Shown here in pieces: positions 59,901 through 64,000 of a DNA stretch of 64,000 nt. The position numbers and the translations under genes are program-made. Position 1 is the stretch's first letter, and each line of letters starts with the position of its first letter. Under the pieces are notes generated by a model. The model did no database searches. It saw only the letters and a list, made by a program, of their open reading frames with translations, and was not told the origin of the DNA. Origin of the DNA: Okamejei kenojei. Its lineage: Eukaryota. The DNA is taken from contig CM069165.1 in the NCBI GenBank assembly GCA_035221665.1, forward strand, positions 22,940,001 to 23,004,000, read 5' to 3'.

Positions 59901-62900
59901 TTCACTTGGCTGGAGTATGTAGGACTAGGTTTTACTGTCTCAAAATAAGGAGTCAACCATTCATGGCAGAGATGAGAATAAATGTTGTGGATGATGATTT
60001 TTTTAAATTTTCTCATCCAAAAGCACTGAGAAGGCTCAGTCAAGAGATAGATATACTTAAATATCAAGGGATACTGTTAGTGTATGAAAGTAGTGCTGAG
60101 AAGAGTACAAATGATCCTATTTAATGGTGCACCAGACATGAGATGCCAAATGGCCTGTTCCTAATTCCATGTGTCCCTGTTTTATACAATATACCTCCAG
60201 TGGGCTTTTGATTAACCAATGCCTAATTTATTAGTAAGTGGTTAGCCATGTGAGCTCACCTGCTGTTCTAAATATTCATTGCAACCATTTGTAATGATAT
60301 TTAAATGCTAAGTTCTTCCTCCGATTCATTATCAACAGATGTCTCCTGTGGTTATCATGTTGGTATCTGATGGAGCACGTTGCCTGCTGGCACGTCAGAA
60401 ACAATTTCCTCCCGGAATGTACAGTGCACTGGCCGGATTCTGCAACATTGGTAATCAGCTCCTTACTGATTATATGGAGTGCAAGATTACAGACAGAACT
60501 CAGCATTTGCAGTGTAATGTGCCTGTAAGAACAATTACTACCTCAGCAGTTGGCAATTTATGATGCCTCATGCTTGTGTGCCAATGTTTTGCCTGTGTTC
60601 GCTTCACTTAATGGCAGCTTGTTTGAAATTGTGGCACAGAATTGTATCCTGTATAGATTATTACATATTCCTCACATGTACAGCCTTTTGTCCTAAATGG
60701 TCAGCATCAATAATGGGAGCCTCATCCCATCCATTCCAATAAGACACAAAATGCTGGAGTAACTCAGCCAGCCAGGCAGCATTCCTGGAGAACATGGACA
60801 GGTGATGTTTCAGGTCAAGACCCTTCTTCAGACCTGCCAACATTTTTCAATGAGAATCTAGCCTGTTTAATCTATCCTGATACGTACATGTTTCTATTTC
60901 TGGCAATATCTCTCTGTTTTAGTATATTTTTCAATGTTTCTCCATCGTGTTAATTATATGGACACCATATTTGTGCATTGTTCTAAATGCAATCCAATAT
61001 TAATTGAAATTTAAAATTTCCCAATGCTTAGTTTGGTATTATTTGTGAGCTTATTGATTAATGTTTTGTCATTTGTACATTTTGCCCCTCAACAGCAAAT
61101 TTTGACTGGTCCCTTCTAAGCAGTATATTCATGCAACCAATTAACAACTTCACTAATTTACCCATTGTGAAGTTACCTGCTCTGCAAGTTTATTAATGCC
61201 ATCTAGCTTATTTGTTTTGATTTATAAGTTTTGATTTACATATCCAATGAAGTCGTCAGGAAAAAAAAAAAACAGATAGGAGGAAAAATTAGAAGCGTGA
61301 AAGACTGGCTACATCCATTTCGGAGCACACCTCCTGATATCCTAGTAGTTCTGTAAGCAGAGTGTAGCCGACAGCTGTCGAAGTCCATTTTCATGCAGTG
61401 CAGACATAATTCATTCAACTAATAGACAACACCACACTCATCAGTAAGCATTGATTGGTTATTCACTCTTCCAGACTAACTTGCAACACGCTCGTTTCTC
61501 CGGCATTAAACGAGGGATGTGAAGGCATGGAGAGGGTGCAGAGGTTGTACCAACATTCTGCCTGGATTAGGGGTATTAGCTATGAAGAGAGGTTGGATAA
61601 ACTTAGGCTGTTTTCTCTAGCACCTCGGAGGCTGAAGGGAAGCTTGATAGAAATATATAAAATTATTAGCAGAATAGATAGGGTAGACGTTCGCACCTTT
61701 TTTCCACGGGTGGAAACGTCAACGAGAAGGTATAGCTTTAAGTGAGGTGCAACATTTATAGAGGTAAGATTTTTTTGCACAGGATTGGTGGGGCCTAGAT
61801 CGCACTGCCGAGGTGGTGGTGGAATCAGATACAATTTATTTTGTTTAGTTTAGTTTGGACATACAGAGCGGAAACAGACCATTGGGCACACCGTGTCAGC
61901 ACCGACCGGGACATTAACACTATCCTACACGTACCAGGGACAATTTACACTTATACCAAGCCAATTTGCCTACATACCTGTACGTCATTGGAGGAAAATG
62001 AAGATCTCTGTGAAAACCCACGTGGTCATGGGGAGAACGTACAAACTCCGTACACACAGTCAGGATCAAACCCGGGTCTCCGGCGCTGCAAGCAATGTAA
62101 GGCAGCAACTCGACCGCAGCACCACGGATATTGGTATTTAAGAGGCTTTTGGATAGGCACACAGATATGTGGGAAATGGAGGGATATGGATCACTTGCAG
62201 GCAGAGATTAGTTTAATGGCATCAGGTTCAGCACGGACATTGTGGGCCAAGGGGTATGTTCCTGCGCTGTACTGTTCCATGTCCTAATCCTATTTCTTGT
62301 TTTCTGTTTGCCTCTCCCAGGAGAGTCTGTGGAAGACTCCGTGCGGCGGGAGGTTGCGGAGGAGGTTGGTTTGCAGGTGACATCGCTGGTCTATTCAGTA
62401 TCTCAACACTGGCCCTTTCCAAGCAGCTCCCTAATGATTGGATACCATGCAATGGTGCAGCCAAAGCAGAACAAGGTAAATGTTTGGCAAACAATTAGTC
62501 CTGGAGAGCAAAAAGATAAGGAGCATGCTTATGAAAATCAACACTCTGACCACACCAGAAAGATGGAAATGTTGTCTTCTTCTTTCGTGTGGTTGTAAGG
62601 ACAACTTGTTCTATTTGATCTTCCGTTTGTGCACGTCGAGTTGATTGCATTAGTCGAAACAGGGCGGACCACGTGAAGGTTGCAATCTTCCACCCCGAAA
62701 TGTTGCCTGTGAAGGTTTATTAAGTTTGACTGTTAGTTTGAGTCATTTCAACTTGCCCTGTCTGTGGTTCAGAATGAAATAATAGACAACCTCTATGGTG
62801 CCATTGCCTCTGTAAGCAGCCACAAGCAGATAACAAGAATAGTCCAGTCAAGGCTGTTTTGTGTTCTGTTTGTGAAAAGAATTTGACCCCATTTAGTGCC

Positions 62901-63971
62901 AATCCATAGAGGCCCAGCTGACAAGAAGAATTTGCTACATGAGGGCGTTTTAGAAGGATACAGCCAATCCATAGCATATTAGAATGAGACTCTGATCCAT
63001 AATGCGATGTTATGTGAAGTCATAACCTTCTGACTCAGGGGGAAAGTTTTGTCTATCAATCTTTAAAGAATATTAGCATGAGGATTAACTATTTTTCACT
63101 TTTGACCTGCATTATATATATGTTATGCAAATAGGACATTCCTTGCTGCAAAGTTTGTCGGTGCTAAACTTTTAAAGATAAGACAAGAGGCACATATTTA
63201 AACCAGTTCCAATTAGTTGTAGAATTTATGTTGAAAAGTTGCTTTTTGCTTAAATATAAAAATGTGATCAACGTTTGGAATTGACAAGAAAGTCACAAGC
63301 TCGGGAAATTGTGAATCAAATCTCATTTATCTTTGTTCTCTCGACATGTACATTTTTGGCAAAACCAAAATTCAGTTTCCAGCTGAGATTCATATTTCCA
63401 TAAGGTAATTTAATATTTTGGGAATGCTAAAATAGAATTGACAAACTCTTCCCAAAGTGAATGTTTTGGTCAGAGAGAAAGGCTTACATAGCAAAATGGA
63501 AGTTCATTCATCAATGACAGGATAAATATGGGGTAATTCATCTTTGAACAAAAGTTTTTTTTTTCCTTCCTTAGGCAGTAGTAACCACCTCTTGTAACTC
63601 AGCCAGATTAGCACAGCAGACTAGCTCACTCGAATAAATGCAACATCTCTGTTAAATCTGTTACATGCTATGAATTCCTATGTCCAGTATTTTAGTAGCT
63701 GAAGTAAAGTTGCAGAACAACTGCTTTTGGCAAAAATATATTTGTTGCTCCCACCACTGCATTTTCCATATCATTGACAAGCATTTTGTTATGGCTTCAG
63801 ATTCTGCTCAACCACTCTGAGCTTCAGGATGCCCGCTGGTTTGATGCTACCGAGGTGGCAGAAGCTTTAAAGCGCAAGATGCCTCGCAAGGAAGAAATGG
63901 TTTATTTCTGGATCCCACCGCCTTGGGCTTTAGCACATCATCTAATCAAAGAATGGACTCAAAAGCAATAG
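53880..63971 (+). CDS. NUDT13: NAD(P)H pyrophosphatase NUDT13 (Nudix hydrolase 13), complete spliced CDS of 8 coding exons, 990 nt / 329 aa
   Basis: Exons of 83/140/96/107/126/112/155/171 nt join in frame from ATG 53880 to TAG 63971. Contains Nudix box [23 protein letters not shown], the NADH-pyrophosphatase signature SQHWPFP, and [16 protein letters not shown] and YYPQMSPV motifs. Divergent neighbour of P4HA1 as in mammals. Confidence 0.94.
54560..55085 (+). mobile_element. CR1 LINE 3' fragment
   Basis: [36 protein letters not shown] plus 3' UTR. Further decayed CR1 pieces occur near 10980-11220, 56740-57170, 57700-58120, 58740-59020, 59720-60170 and 61520-62285. Confidence 0.85.
55448..55587 (+). 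CDS. NUDT13: NUDT13 coding exon (140 nt)
   Basis: ttgcag|C CAC CTC...GCA G|gtataa; [46 protein letters not shown]. Confidence 0.9.
56319..56414 (+). CDS. NUDT13: NUDT13 coding exon (96 nt)
   Basis: ttccag|AG CTT AAG...ATA G|gtaaga; [32 protein letters not shown](G). Confidence 0.85.
58154..58260 (+). CDS. NUDT13: NUDT13 coding exon (107 nt)
   Basis: ctacaag|GA AAA TCT...TCT CAG|gtaaga; [35 protein letters not shown]. Confidence 0.83.
59298..59423 (+). CDS. NUDT13: NUDT13 coding exon (126 nt)
   Basis: tttag|GCA CAG...CCA CAG|gtaatc; [42 protein letters not shown]. Confidence 0.94.
60339..60450 (+). CDS. NUDT13: NUDT13 coding exon (112 nt)
   Basis: aacag|ATG TCT...ATT G|gtaatc; [37 protein letters not shown](G). 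Confidence 0.95.
61838..62127 (-). mobile_element. V-SINE nested in a CR1 fragment
   Basis: (tttag)n tail plus reverse complement of the SINE consensus; CR1 sequence resumes at about 62130. Confidence 0.8.
62321..62475 (+). CDS. NUDT13: NUDT13 coding exon (155 nt; Nudix box)
   Basis: cccag|GA GAG TCT...AAC AAG|gtaaat; [51 protein letters not shown]. Confidence 0.96.
62575..62696 (-). mobile_element. Short 5'-truncated retroposon end with (AAG)n tail
   Basis: Flanked by the 9-bp direct repeat gaaatgttg (62566-62574, 62697-62705); reverse strand ends ..cacacgaaagaagaaga. Confidence 0.55.
63801..63971 (+). CDS. NUDT13: NUDT13 last coding exon
   Basis: ttcag|ATT CTG...CAA TAG; [26 protein letters not shown]...[21 protein letters not shown]. 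Confidence 0.93.
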   Translation: MLLNHSELQDARWFDATEVAEALKRKMPRKEEMVYFWIPPPWALAHHLIKEWTQKQ

Positions 63972-64000
63972 CTGTCTTGAAATCCTGCAGTGACTCATTT

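Overview
AT-rich, intron-rich, repeat-laden vertebrate DNA, most likely from a cartilaginous fish (skate/ray-like, judged by the V-SINE/HE1-type SINEs, CR1 LINEs and Penelope-derived short repeats). It holds two divergently transcribed genes in the same head-to-head arrangement as in mammals. P4HA1 (prolyl 4-hydroxylase alpha-1) is on the minus strand, with a probable non-coding exon 1 and CpG-rich promoter at about 29.3-30.5 kb and coding exons from 13103 down to a pair of 71-nt mutually exclusive exons at 3727-3797 and 3235-3305; its 3' end lies outside the window. NUDT13 (NADH pyrophosphatase, Nudix family) is on the plus strand, with 8 coding exons at 53880-63971 (990 nt, 329 aa) and a probable GC-rich promoter at about 47.2-47.8 kb. 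The remainder is mostly decayed or nested mobile elements: two Tc1 copies (one nearly intact), two Gypsy relics, a Penelope RT relic, a Harbinger-type MITE, CR1 LINEs and SINEs. I found no prokaryote-type system such as a CRISPR array or operon, and I cannot confirm any new biological system. The best candidates for undescribed biology are (1) competing intronic base-pairings around the P4HA1 mutually exclusive exons, (2) a 56-bp minisatellite at the NUDT13 promoter whose units each carry a CTCF-like motif, and (3) a dispersed Penelope-derived repeat with a hammerhead-ribozyme-like core that has inserted at NUDT13 splice signals. Exon coordinates were read by hand; repeat boundaries are approximate.
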